64,000 nt of DNA from Klebsormidium nitens (lineage: Eukaryota > Plantae > Klebsormidiophyceae). How positions within the stretch are numbered: position 1 is the stretch's first letter; every line of letters starts with the position of its first letter. A program made the translations under genes and the position numbers. Shown here piece after piece: positions 1 to 13,108 of the stretch. The DNA lies in the NCBI GenBank assembly GCA_000708835.1, contig DF237201.1:1-64000 (forward strand), in the 5' to 3' direction. Below the pieces are notes generated by a model, which was given only the letters and a program-made list of their open reading frames with translations, had not been told where the DNA came from and did not search any database.

Positions 1-235
1 AATGTCTCAGCTTTGGAAGCTTTATGATTTCAGGATTCTTCATATCTTCTGGGCGAACTACGGAGAACCATAAACCCAGAAGGCGCTTTACTCAGGAAAG
101 GTTCTTCAGCAACGTTCCCATTTTCTGACTTGTTTGACTTCGTTCAACAGGTGCCAGTCTTACTGGGCTGTATGAAAGCTTCCCCCACTTCATACTCTTC
201 TTTATGTCACAAAATCCCTCTCTTCCTGTCCGCAG

Positions 236-2105
236 TTCCCGTCCGTGTACCAGTCCCGCAACACGTACGTCCGCTGCGTGTCCAACGACGGCCTGCAGCT
301 CGGCCTGGGCATCACGTATCAGTTTCTGGTCAACTCCACCGACCTGCACACGGTCGCCCTCCAGTACCACGACTACGGCAAGTACCTCCTGGTGCTCGAC
401 AGCGCGGCGGAGGCCAGCTGTCACTGGGCGTGCTCGCAGTTTCAGGTACGTTTGTTCTCATTGCTTTTCTAACCAGAGAGGTAAGGAGCACGATTGCATT
501 TAGCTGGGACTCTGGTGCGGAGGCCAGCTGTCACTCGGCGTGCTCGCAGTTCCAGGTACATTCGTTCCCGTCTCTTTTCTAATCAAAAGAGACGGGCGAT
601 AAGCCGAGAAGTATCCTTTCCAGAGTGGATTGAGTGCGGAGGCCAGCTGTCACTGGGCGTGCTCACAGGTAAGATGAACCTCAAGCATTAGAGTTCCTCG
701 GGGACTATTTCTGCATTTCTTCCAACAAAAGCTGAGAGTCATGTCTGCTGGGGGACGTTTGTCTTCAGGATTCTAGTAGAGTCGCACGAGCCAAACGAGT
801 CAAACGAGCCAGCCGTCACTGGGCGTGCTCGCAATCTCAGTTAAGTTTGGTCTTATTCATCTTTCCCGAAAGAAGAAATTAAACGGGAGAACTTTCTTTT
901 ATCGAAATGCGGAGGCTAGCTGTCAGTGCGTGAGCTCGCAGTACCAGGTTGGTGATTTTGTTGATGACCATTGAGACTTTCCTCAGATGACTGGGACTTA
1001 ACTTTAGCCTCGGATACGAGGCTTCCTTGAAAGCTGACTTTCATAACACCTGGACCTTTTTTTTCAGAATGTGCAAAGAAACGTACTTGAATTCTGTCTC
1101 ATTTTATGTTTTTGCATTTTCAAGTCTACCGAAAGCAGACTCACAACGATACCTCTGGCGACAAATCTTTTATGCTCATTATGTCTCTCCGCTGACCAAA
1201 CGATATTTCGACAGCTCTGAAAAAGGCCTTTTTTTACAAATAGGGGGAATATACTCTCTAAGAACGCTCTTCCTGTTCTATCTGCAGATTGGCGACTTCC
1301 AGGCGCTGCGGGCAGTCGTTCAGAACACCACCCACGATCGGCTGCAGTTCAACGTGCAGCCGCTCCATGCCATCATCCTCGACGTTCAATTGCGCAACGT
1401 GACGTACCCGCCCGACTGGTCGAACGCGGTGGCGCTTAAGGAGCAGGCCAGCTATGACATCACGCTCGCGTCACAGGAGCGGCAGCAGGCCATTTCCAAG
1501 GTGCAAACCCTTACCTTGGTCCGCTTTTGGTTTGTTCAAATTCAACCGTTGCTTACGTGGCAGGAAAGACTTGGTTGTGTGCTCACGAGTTTTGAATAGC
1601 AAGGTGCTTGAGAAATCCTGATCAAGGGCTCGCCGAGAGTGCTTCACAGGGCTAGCGCTTGAGTTGATGCAAGAGGGGCCTCTGAGCTCAATGCTACTAG
1701 TAACTTTTTGTCGGACGTCATATTTGTCTTCGACTAAGCCGGAGTATCAAAAGGAGGCGAGTTGGAGTCTCCTTCGACTTTCTCTGCTTCGTCTCATTCT
1801 CCGCTCGCAATCTTTCGCAGGCAAACGGCGACCTCCTGCTTGCGAACCAGAACGCGACCATAACCATCCAGATCGCCCAGACCCAAGCGAACGTTATGCA
1901 GGCGCAGGCTGACTATCAGGGCCAAGCGCTGCTAACCCAGTTCAAAACCGAAGCCGACAAGGCCGCCCAGATCCAGCAAACTCTGAACTTAACCACGGAA
2001 GGGTTATTGGCCTACCTAGCTAACCGGGCGGTCGGAACTAGTGCGGGGAAATTGGACGTGGCTATGGATGCCCCCGCTCAAATTTCCTACTCAACAGAGT
2101 TGTAG
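236..2105 (+). CDS. SPFH/band-7 domain protein, paralog A (5' exon lies upstream of the window)
   Basis: Phase-0 GT-AG exons 236-445 (FPSVYQSRNTYVRCVSNDGLQLGLGITYQF...), 1288-1500 (IGDFQALRAVVQNTT...DVQLRNVTYP...ASQERQQAISK) and 1821-2105 (ANGDLLLANQNA...SYSTEL*). Same exon lengths and near-identical protein to paralog B. SPFH call by motif recognition. Confidence 0.82.
406..960 (+). repeat. Tandem copies of the SPFH-A exon end plus 5' splice site within the intron
   Basis: True junction GCGGAGGCCAGCTGTCACTGGGCGTGCTCGCAGTTTCAG|gtac ends at 445. Degenerate copies at ~517-560, 636-675, 807-845 and 909-950. Confidence 0.85.
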
Positions 2106-3095
2106 TTCAGGATGACAAACAGAGAGACTAAGATAGACAGAGTTGAATCAGACCAAATGGTTACTTTGATGGAAAAATGTACAACCAAGCTTTTGCACGA
2201 CGAGCTCGTCAATCAGCGAATGGTCACTCGAAGGTCACTAGCACCAATAGCAAAGGTGCTCTACTGACCATGTACTGAAACGAAACGGTCGAAAGCAGAG
2301 TCGTTTAAGCGGCCTATCGGTTTGTCGCTTCCAATCAAGGTTGTCCATTTGCTCGTCCCGTGCTGAACCCCATGTAGTCATTCGGCTTGACGCCCAGAGT
2401 ATGAGGTGCATAACGTGTAGCGGTGGACGATCTGCATGCTTTCCTCGCTCGTTGAACACGTGTAGCTAAGGGCAGCCGTGGTCGGTGTCCAAAATAACGG
2501 TCCGCTCATGGCACTTCACTGGATTGAATCCGGCGCGATCAAGATCGCGCTTATATAACGCATACTTGGTTGACCTGGTTCTTCCAATCGACCATCAACA
2601 GCATCGCTTGATATTGTCCTGTTGGACCGGCGTGCGGATATGATGCATGACACGGCACTGAATGAGAAGACCTTTGACAATCCATGTTTGCCTAACTACC
2701 ACAATGATACTTGCATCATTGCATCCGAATGCTGCAGACGTAGCTAGGGCCGCCTCACAACGTTAGCGCGAAGCATGACGTGAGAGGCTCGTAACAGTCT
2801 GTATCCATGCGTGCTCTGACAATATATTACACGAAGTTCGACCTGCCAAGTGAACAAAGCCTGAGACACTGTCGTCCTGTACACATCACTGAAAGATGGT
2901 CATTCCACTTTGAAACCTACTTTGAGTTGTATACAAGATGACGTCTCGAATTGAGTTCTCAATGGGCCCACTCTAGTCTAATTGTACGGCTGAGCATCTA
3001 ACTGTTGCTCTGATTGGCGTCCTCAAGCCTATCCTAACTGACTTTCAGCTAACACCGATACTTACAGACCAAGCACTGGCAAGCCAGCCGTAAAT

Positions 3096-5660
3096 CTAGG
3101 GAACTGGCGCGGAACCTCCTGTGCTTATGAACCTCGTTTGGTAACCAATGTGTAGCGCCGCCTGTCCCGCCTGTTGCAGCGTGGTAATGTAGTCCAGCGA
3201 CGCCTTGTGCTTCGGCAGGGTTATGTTAACCGTCGAGTAGTAGTACGCCAAACCAGACCGCCTCGCCTCCTGAACGGTGTTCGTCGCGTTCGTGTGCGCG
3301 TTCTGCACAACCTGTGCAGCCTGCGCCGACGCTGTCTGAATCAAGAGCGTCGCGTTATTCTCGATTTGGTTAACGAGTTGATTAGTCGTTGCTCGGATGA
3401 CAGCCGCCTGACTGGTATAAATCTGCTGCGCGTTGTTCTGTAATTGGATGGCGGTCGCTAACTGCTTTCCGCTAACCTGACTGGGTATTGTAACCGCAGA
3501 GAGGAATATGTACGGGACGACTGCGTGGTACTGCCTAACCGAGCTGGTAACTGCGGCATAGAAGCTGGCCTCAATCAGGGTTCGGTTCAGAAAGTAATCG
3601 GCGGTGTTAAATGTAACGGCTGTGTTTTTGATCGCAGCCAAGGCCGTGTTACTGATAACCTGGTCGTAACTTTGGTCTAACTCCAGTTTGAGCGCGATTA
3701 TCTCGTCTCTGACGAGAAAGTAAGCAAACTCGACATCGATGATGGTGTCGAGCTTGTCTGCAGACACGGCGTCAATCTGAACCAGCTGGACAAACTGAGC
3801 GTCCGCGGGGAAGCGTCGGAAAACAAAGTCCGGTCCCAGGAAGTGGCGCCTGCAAAAACATGGACGAATCTTCTGAGAAGCCAGTAGCATGAGCCAAGAG
3901 TAAAAGTTGCCAAGTGCTGTGGACAGCAGGAACAGAGGAGAGTAAGAGCCGTCATTGTGAACGAAATTGGAGAAGGCTAACTTGTTGCGCAAACCTTGGT
4001 TGCACATATACTACGGCTGCTCTTAAGATTTGTTGCAATCAGACATATTCGACAATCGAGGACAAGCCAGCTGACAGCGACGAATTCGTCTGGGGAATTC
4101 CGCACAGGGTAATTTTACATGACTGCGAAATTGATCTTCTCAAGCCGAGCTTTGTGAGCTGGGAATAAGCAGGAGCACAAGCGAGGTGATGTACACAGGA
4201 ACGGTTGTCCGGGCGTCATTGACTCATTGTCACGAGCTTATTAGTTTTACTGCAGGAATCCTCGCGAGTTCGAGTCCCTCCGTAGCAAGGCCGGTTTTGA
4301 TTGAGAAAGTAAAAGCATAGAGAATCTGGTACAGCTGAATCGAAACATGAACCTCTTCCCATCTACGGAATCAAGAGCCTTCACTTCCTGAATCAAATCA
4401 GATGCCGAAGTTTCAAAATTTCGTTTCTTACCCGCCGTAGTAGACGCCTTTATCCAGGTAGACTTTGCCGCTGGAGCGCCTCTGAGCCAGGCCATACTCT
4501 GTGTAGTCTAGTGTGACGAAGCTTAGTGGGAGCAGGATGATCATCAGGAAGCAGCCAATTAGGAAAGTGCATATCCCCGCCTGCAAGCAGAAGGGAAGCA
4601 TGCCAGATTTAGGGAGCCTGCAAGTCGAAGGATGCAGAAAGAAAGATCTTCAAACGAACCTTCAAAAGCTTGATGTTGAGTGGACTGAGCAAAGTTCAGG
4701 AAAATGAAACGCAGTTTGAGCTCTTAAGTGGGACAAGCAAGATTTGACGCTGAGGTGTGCAATCAGATGGGACGTTTTCTCAAGGACCTCAAAAGGGAAG
4801 CCCTGGTTGAGTGGCTGAATTCATTGAAACTGCTCATGGTCTTGAACTGAAAGAAAGAAATCGGAAGCATCTGCTTAAAGCATCATTGATCTCTTAAGAA
4901 AACGTTCACTGCATAGAAGCTGCAATCAAGGTCACAATCAAGGTTTTGCAGGATTCTTGAACTTGTACCATCTTGAATAATATTGCATGTTTCAGATGCA
5001 AACAAAGGAAGACCTTCTACCCACACAAAGCAAAGCTGTCTTTTTGTGGCAGTCCTGTCAACCACTTGGCCTACCTTCGAAGAAATTCCTACAGAGTGCT
5101 GTTTAGAAGTTGGCGAAATCGAAGAGACGCATCAGGATGCACCAGTGAAGCTGCTGATGCCAAGCTGCTGATACAAGAAAATGAAGGAGAAAGCTTGTCT
5201 CACGCTGCTTAAGCACACTTTGGTACCCTCGGACATCTTGGAAGTAAAGCCAGACTCAATATCTGCAACAGAATGGTACTGTGACTAAGTTGTGATCCAG
5301 GTCGTGAGATGCATATGAATGTCGGGGAATTGAAGCGCCTTCCTTATCTTGAACTACTGCAATGGGAAACACTGGTTATAGGTTGGAAGCTCCAAGTGAC
5401 ATTCAGCGTCACTACTTTGGGTAAGCTCCGAATCTGATGACATAGTATGCGATCGATGCTGAATCTCAATCTGAAGCCTACCTTTCCCCTCCTCAGGCTC
5501 ATGGACTGATTCTTATTCCAGCTCAACAAGTTGCATTTCACTGGTGTCCGGCCAGACATTCACCTCAGGCTCCAGCAAAGAAACTAATTAAATGAGGCCA
5601 AAGCTCACCATGAGTACCTTGAGCATTGCGACCAGTTCCAGCTGCTGCCGGGGCCGCCAT
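3096..5660 (-). CDS. Divergent SPFH/band-7 protein with N-terminal TM helix, paralog C
   Basis: Exon 4580-4432 (AGICTFLIGCFLMIILLPLSFVTLDYTEYGLAQRRSSGKVYLDKGVYYGG) splices in phase to exon 3849-3096 (RHFLGPDFVFRRFP...coiled region...GSAPVP*). 5' exons near 5255-5200 and 5660-5609 (MAAPAAAGTG...) are tentative. Confidence 0.78.
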
Positions 5661-6897
5661 TTAGTGGTAGTGGTTTCACAGACCAAGGCGTCAGAAGATT
5701 TGGAAGAAGCTATGGCTCTTTGTTATCTTTCGCTTGAAGGCTCGAGCTCAATCAGGGTGTTCTACTGTGGGAGCGAGTTGAGCAACCACTGATGAGGGCT
5801 TCACAATGAATCCCCACACATCTTGCAACATATATCCTACCATGCGCTTTAGGTTTGGGGATTGAAGGCTGAACTTTTTGACTAATTATTAGCGCTGTCT
5901 TCATTCATGTTTTCTGCGCAGAGAATGCCCTACAGCTTACTACAGCACGTAGTTTGACGGCCGGTAAGTTTACCTGCTGCATGCAGGCAATCGCCCTTAT
6001 GGCCGGAAGGGATCCGCCGGAACGAGAGTGGGAACGTCATTATCTGAGCCGGCCTGCTCGCATTCCGCGGCAAGAATCAGAAATCGCGGAATTTGGGTGC
6101 GGGCCGGAACGAGTAGGCAATCCCCCAAACGAGTGCTGGAACGCCAACTCAACTGTCGGCACCTGCTCTTCAGAGGATTGCCACAGTGGCCGTATCTCTA
6201 CCGTCGATGTGTCAGATGATTGGATATAAACGATAATAAACTGTGCAGGTTTCCTCTGCAGTACCGGCCAGTATGCTGGGTGATCCCTCAGGGTAACGTT
6301 AGAAGCTCCGACAAGCTGTTTGGGGCTAGCTTGGCCGCGCAGGCTGTGACGTGACTTCACCGAGAGGTTGTATCGGTCCTGTATCAGTATATACCGGTCG
6401 TACTGCAGCCTCAGGCCAAAGTTGCCACACCAGAATTATGAGCACCCTACCGGTAGATGCTCCCCAATCTACTTGGGTGCAGTTCATGAGCAATCCCCTT
6501 AAAACCTAGTACCGGTATACGTGATCACATCAATGGCACACTCAGGGGTGGACTATTCATGACAAGCCTTAACCAGTGGTGTGCAATCCCTCACTCGCTG
6601 AACGGGCGAAGCTCGGGCATACCGATGCCCATGCCAAGCTTGGGCGCATCTGAGATCTAGTCTCGCAGAGGCTAGCTAGCTAGAACTCAAAGTACAGCTA
6701 GCTGAGCCAACGTCCCAATCAGAGATTGAAGAGGGCGATAAGTGTGAGCCATCCTTTCTGCTCCATTGCTACCTGGTTGCAAAGAGAATCCTCGCTTGCC
6801 AGCTTCACAGGCTGGTCAATTCCTTCTGCAGTACCTTCTTCTCTCCCAGTACATACACATCCGTGATTTAACCGCATCAATTACGTGGCGTCACAAC

Positions 6898-9351
6898 ATG
6901 GTGCGCTTGCTCCCCAGAACGCACCGCGGCACGTGCGGCTGCTGCTCCGCTCTAGCTGTCATCATCACCGGCATTGTGCTGCTGCTCCTGTCGTTCAAAA
7001 AGATCAGCTCCACGGAAGTGGGGCTGCGATACAACAGGGTCGCCAAGAGCTTAGCAGGGAGCATCACGGGGCCGGGACTCCACTTCGGCCCGCCTGGATT
7101 CAAGTTCGTGAAGGTGAGTTCAGGAGTGCGAAGAGGTACATATAGAAAAGCAAAGGAGAGATTGCTCGAGCTGAAGATCTTCTTGTTGCTTGCCAAACAC
7201 GCATACTCTTGTGGCAATCTGCACACATTTTCACTGGGCCACATGGGGGCCTGGCATCTGCCAAGCCGTTTCCGTCCGGGATGCTGCGGCAGCCTTGTGT
7301 CAACCTGGCGCTGCTAAGCGTAGAGCCTAAGTCTCAATTGGCCAAGTGTGTTGCAAAAGAAGCTTGTGACCACGCGCATCCTCCACAGCAAGCAGCTTGC
7401 TTAAGGGGCCCTCATCCTCAGGCTAGTCCTTTCAATTCGATCACCTTTTCCCTTCCTTCCCTGCCAGCATCCTTTCATGCCATCAAAATGCCGTCAATGG
7501 ACTTTATCTTGTTGAAACCCACATGTGCCTCTCATCTCTGCAGTATTCTTCTGTGTCCGTTTCCTCTAACTTCCATACGCTTGACCTTCTATCGCTTTTC
7601 CATGAAAGTTAACCCTACTTAACTTCATCTTATGAGAAGTGCTCCGAACACAGTGAACCCAACCGCCCATAAACTTTTGTCGGGTCCTCCTTGCAGTTCC
7701 CGTCCGTGTATCAGTCCCGCAACTCGGGCGTCCGGTGCGTGTCCAACGACGGCCTCCCCATCTTCCTGGGCATCACGTACCAGTTTCTGGTCAACTCCAC
7801 CGACCTCAAATTGGTCGCCCTTCAATACCACGACTACGGCAAGTACCTTCTGGTGCTCGACAGCGCGGCGGCTGCCAGCTGTCACTGGGCGTGCTCGCAG
7901 TTCCAGGTAGGTAAAACTGCAGTCGTTATTCTAGGGCTCTGAATCTTCAATACCAATTCGTACACAAAGACAAGGTCTCCAAACAGCTAGAGGACGATTG
8001 TCTTTCACCAGGACTCGAGAAGACTCGCGCGCCCCAGCTCTTACTAGCCGTGCTCGCGGTTCTAGGAGAGGACGTCTTTCTTTCACCCCTCTTAAGGAGC
8101 TACTTGGCTGCTTTGACCGGTTTTTCTATTCCTTAAATGTTCACCGAGACAGTGTCTGAATGTTATTGGGGCCCAGATCCGATGGTTCTTTTTACAAGCC
8201 CGGAACAGGTCCGGAACACGCTGCAAGTTGACTTTTCGAAATATTCAAATTCCTGGCCGACTTCAAGTTGTTGGTCCATACTTGATGCCCTTCGAAATCA
8301 GTTGCAACTAGCGGCAGCAATAAGGGAGCATTTGAGGTCCCGCTGCCGAACACGTTTGGCCTTTGCTCGGCTTTGGAAGTTTGAACCGTAGGTTCACAAT
8401 CACCACAATCTGTTTCGCCCGCCTTCATCCGAGGCAGTGAGAGCCTACTCGAGAGAAGATCAAAGCCAACAATGATTACTTTTGCCCTGCTTTTAGGTGG
8501 GCGATTTCCAGGCGGAGCGCTTGGTTGTCCAGAACACCACCCGAGACCGGCTACAGGCAAACGTGCGGCCGCTACGTGCCATCATCCTAGACGTTCAGTT
8601 GCGCAACGTGACGTACCCGCTCGCGTGGTCTACCGCGGTGTCGCTGAAAGAGCAGGCCAGCTATGACATCACGCTCGCGTCACAGGAGCGGGATCAGGCC
8701 ATCTCCAGGGTATAAACGCTTGCTTTTCTTCGCCTTTTGACATTCATGTAATAGTCGTTGGTTTTGATAGTTGCTCGGTACGTGGTAGGAAGGAGTCGAT
8801 TTGATCCTCAGATGTCAGGAACTTCGACCAATTAAGAAGCAAAGAAGTCCAATCAGGACGTTGTTAGGGTTCAGATCAACGAGACCTCTGGTTTTGATGG
8901 GCACCTTAAGTGGAGTCATCAGGTTATGTCTTGGACTGTTTCGATCTTATCGAAGGAGGGAACCGATCAAATCCCACTTCTGCCTGCGTACTTTGAGGGA
9001 AAGTGAGGCGAAGCGAGAAGAGGCCAAAGAAGTTCTGAGTCTCATTTTTGCTCCCCAACTTTGCAGGCAAACGGCGAGCTGATGCTTGCAAACCAGAACG
9101 CGACCATCACCATCCAAATCGCCCAGACCCAGGGGAACGTCATTCAAGCACAGGCTAACTACCAGGGCCAAGCGCTGCTAACCCAATTCAGGACTGAAGC
9201 CGACAAAGCCTCCCAGATCCAGCAAACCCTGAACTTAACTACAGAAGGGTTACTGGCCTACCTCGCTAACCGGGCGGTAGGAACGAGTACGGGGGTATTG
9301 GACGTAGCCATGGATGCTCCGGCTCAATTATCATACGCAACGGAGTTGTAG
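6898..9351 (+). CDS. SPFH/band-7 domain protein, paralog B (complete)
   Basis: Exons 6898-7113 (MVRLLP...TM...EVGLRYNRVAKSL...PGLHFGPPGFKFVK), 7697-7906, 8497-8709 and 9067-9351, all GT-AG and phase 0. Confidence 0.87.
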
Positions 9352-10347
9352 TCAATGAGGGAGGTTCAGATTGACATGAGAAAGGGAATCGTCCGACCAG
9401 GTCTTTATTCAGCAGCAACGGTAGACTTTTGAAGTTAGGATCGTCAGCGAACATTGATCCGCGGACCATGTACAGAAACGGTCACGCATAGCTAGAAGCA
9501 TCGCAGTCTGAGGCGCCTGTTGGAGCGTTCCAATGTCAATGTTGTTCCACATCCGATCCATTTATTCATGTGCGGCCCTTGGCGGCTGGCACGTATAATG
9601 TACTGATCTTCTCGTGAGTCACGGACTCGGCTTGAACTCATCGTTGAGTATGATTAACAGCACTCTAACTGTCAGGCTCGCGGGATCATTGATGATTGTA
9701 CGCGCCCTCCGACTCCGATTGCGTGAGTACGGAGTGCTACGCGCGGCCAGGCCGCCATGGGTGCGTCCTGAATGAATACTACATGTTGCAGCATGCATAA
9801 TTCTTTATGGCCGGATATATCATTTACATTGGCAGCTCCGTCGGACAGCTTCGTGTCGACTTGCGTGCGCTCAAGCTAGGCGGCCAGCGACCAGGCCGGC
9901 CGTTGCTCAGTGTTATCTTGCGACCTTATCATAGTATTTGGATCGGCCGGCCGATACATTGAAACTTTCGGTAATGCATTTATATTGCGACAGAGCATGC
10001 TGCAGGCGACCACGCTGCAGACGCCGCTTGGCAGCTTGCTAGGGCTCACAACGCTACCGCAAATTAAGTGCGACGTAAACGATTTGTACAGTACCAAACA
10101 GTCGTAATGCATGAATTGATCAGCACGCGTGACGGTGCTCTGGATATCATCAGGAGTCTCAGTTGAGCATACCTAGTGCATGATAGATTGCATGGCGTGA
10201 GACATACGCCCATTCAAACGGCCTAGCAGCAGTACTAAAGCAAAAGGAAAACAGCTCAGCGGCGCCGGCACCAATGCAACAGCTGGTTGTCCGAACGACT
10301 CATGCTTGCTATCTGTGCTGCGCGTCAGAAAAACATGCCCAACATCG

Positions 10348-13108
10348 TCACGTGCTTTTTCGCTTTGCTACAATGGCCTTAGCAACTTCTAGTAGGTCGG
10401 ACCCGACGACATCAGTCCTCTCCACCAAAGGGTCCCACGCCGCGCTCGGTCTATCAACAAAGGCGGCCTTAGCACCGGCGCGCATCGCCCCTGCGCAGTC
10501 CCAGCAGTGCGCAGCAACCATACGCATCTCAGCCGGGCCGGAAAGGCCCATCTCTTTTGCAGCGAACTCGTACGGCTCAGGCGCGGGTTTCAAGACCTGG
10601 AAAGAAGACGTAGCAAGAATCACCTTGAGCACAGGACTAAAACTGCTTTGTTGTCCGTATATAGTGGATAGCTGGATGCGATAGATTTAGTGCAGACCAA
10701 ACGGAGCCGGACCTCGAAGTAACCGTAGGAACAGCTATCCAACGTTCCATCACAAAAAAAGTGTGCACTTCTTTAGTCGAGAGCAAGGCGGCCGGTCTGA
10801 GTTCAGATCCGATGACAAAGGTTGTGCGATAGGGACGCCAACAGCCAGAGATTTCTGGACCGCAACTTCTGGATCGCCGAATCGAATTTGAAGTGTGTGT
10901 CAAAGTCCTTCGGATTGAAGGCGAAGAACCTTCCCCAACGACGAAGCACACACCCGCTAAAAGGTCCCGACTTTCGTCCAGAGGCGACGAATGCCACCAT
11001 GCATTCATCTCGTCGACCCTTGGCTCCATTTTCAGGTCTGCCAATCTTAGCTCTGACACTAGAGTCGTTGCGTGATAATTCACTGTACAAGTCTTCTAAG
11101 AAAACTCGTTTCCACCAATATGGACCCTGGATCAGCCCACCTTTATTGTGTCAGCCGAGAGAATCTTCTCGAAGTACTGCGTGAGCCCTGCATTTTTCAG
11201 CTGCATGTCCACCACGTTCTGCGCGTTGTTCGTCAACGCCGCAAGCCGGAACCCCGCATCCTTGAGGAGCGCCAGCGCTTCATCAACTTCAGGGTGGGGG
11301 GGTGCCAACTGCAGGGCAACCCAGAAACGGGTTAAGCCAGGGGGTTTGTGACAAACTCAAAAACATCACGTTGGGTCCAAGCGGAGATATCATTTTTTGA
11401 CGTCGCCCGATCACCCAGCGATGTAGCACCAACACTTTGTGGACTACAGGGGAAAGCGGGAGGGGGGGCCAGGGGCAGCTGTGGGCCAGCCAACAAAAAA
11501 TCGATGAGTCACAAGGCTGGGTTAAGGTCAGTTACATCAAACACACGAAAACAAAGTGATGGATTTGGAATGTGAAATTCAGATCATATCGATTGCGTCT
11601 TATTTGAGGGGGACCCCGGCCCCTAAGAGAAGCCCCGACCATTCTGGAGCGACGACGGGTGAAAACGAGGGGCCTAGCTTAGGATATTTGGATAAGCATA
11701 ACCTGTTCCACAATCCTGTTCCACATGTTTTACGGTTTAGTGAGAGTCCTTTGCAGGCCTCTCGCTGGAAGTAGGACCACAAAAGCAGGGGACGGAGAAG
11801 AAACCAGAAATCAGGATTACAACGGGAGACTTGGCTACTTGGAAAGTGGACTTGGGAATCATGTAGAAATTTAGTAGTTACTACCACGTAATAGAATATT
11901 TACATAAAAACGATTGGCATTTTTACAGTTTCCAACGCGACTTGGAAAGTGGACTTGAGAAGCAGCGGTGTTCGAGGCTAGTAACACAGTGTTTGGGTTA
12001 GCGGGCTGGTTTTAAGGCAAAGGGCTGGGAGGCCTTTTGTCATTCCAGTGTTTCAATAGACGTTGACCTCGACATACTGCTTCCATATTACTCTAAACGC
12101 TGCGGTGCAAAAGGAGTACAGATGATTGTAGAATGATCCTTCGCAAGCAAACCTGAGTCTGAATGGCTCACATGGATTGCTTCCTTGAGCGCCTCCTTGT
12201 CCTCGTCTGAGACTGTCACTCCGTTCTGCTGTCCGAGCATTGTGATGGCAGACATCGCATGGGCCCCAAATGGACAGTACCTGCACCAGAACAACTTAAG
12301 TGCGATGACATAAACTGCAACTCTCCACTTTATCTGTTGCAGATGCCAGCCTGTCCTTAACCATCAGATGAAGACAGTCTGTCAAATGATGAGCTCGAGC
12401 TGCAAGCAATATAGCGACATGGTAGGTTGAAAGAAGACGTGTGAATGGGTCCTCACACTCTCATTACTGCACCACCTGACAGGGGGCATCTTCTTCACGT
12501 AAGGGTCGAGCCAGGGTTGTTTTTCGCTTCCGCTGCACGATCCCCACTCACTGACGCAAAAGTTTGAACCAAGGCTTTATTTCTTTAGCAGATTGAAGTG
12601 GTGGCTTGAGACCTTTTTAGATCTTGTCAGGACACGCTGGCGCGCTCGCTGAATCCAGAGCTTTTCTCAAATCAAAAGGCACACAGTTCGCTGGAGACTT
12701 GTAGCCAGTCCTTCTTCGATGACGTTCCCATACCAGCTTTTTGAGAGCAAGGACCTATGGATCAGTGCAAAGTCAAGAGGATCACAAAAGAAGTCAAAAT
12801 AGGGTGTCAGCACATTCAGCAGCCATCAGTAATTTGAATTGAGAACAAGTACAGAACTGAGGCAACATGCATGTATTCATTCTTTTATACTCATACTTTG
12901 GGTGCACTCGAATGAATGCTGAGTTGCATACCACTTACTTTTTGGTTATGATTGCAGTAAATGCTGAGTGCACCGCCATGCCAAACCATGCCTGCCTCTT
13001 CCCCTCTGCCTTGACCCCAAAGATGCGCTTGAAGATCGGTTCAAGCGCCGCCGCAAAATCTAGTAGAGTCTCATTGACATCAAAGATCAGAACTTCCGGT
13101 TCCGTCAT
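10348..13108 (-). CDS. L-2-haloacid dehalogenase-like HAD hydrolase (type II)
   Basis: Exons 13108-12939, 12280-12172, 11308-11141 and 10596-10348 join in frame. HAD motifs: IFDVNETLLD, LAALTNN, LKPAPEPY, MVAAHCWDCAGA. Confidence 0.87.

Noticed and set aside
5930-6530. Cluster of ACCGGT-containing palindromic motifs (similar at ~13550-13610) as a possible MITE or cis-element
   Set aside because: I could not find TIRs, a TSD or a consistent motif spacing.
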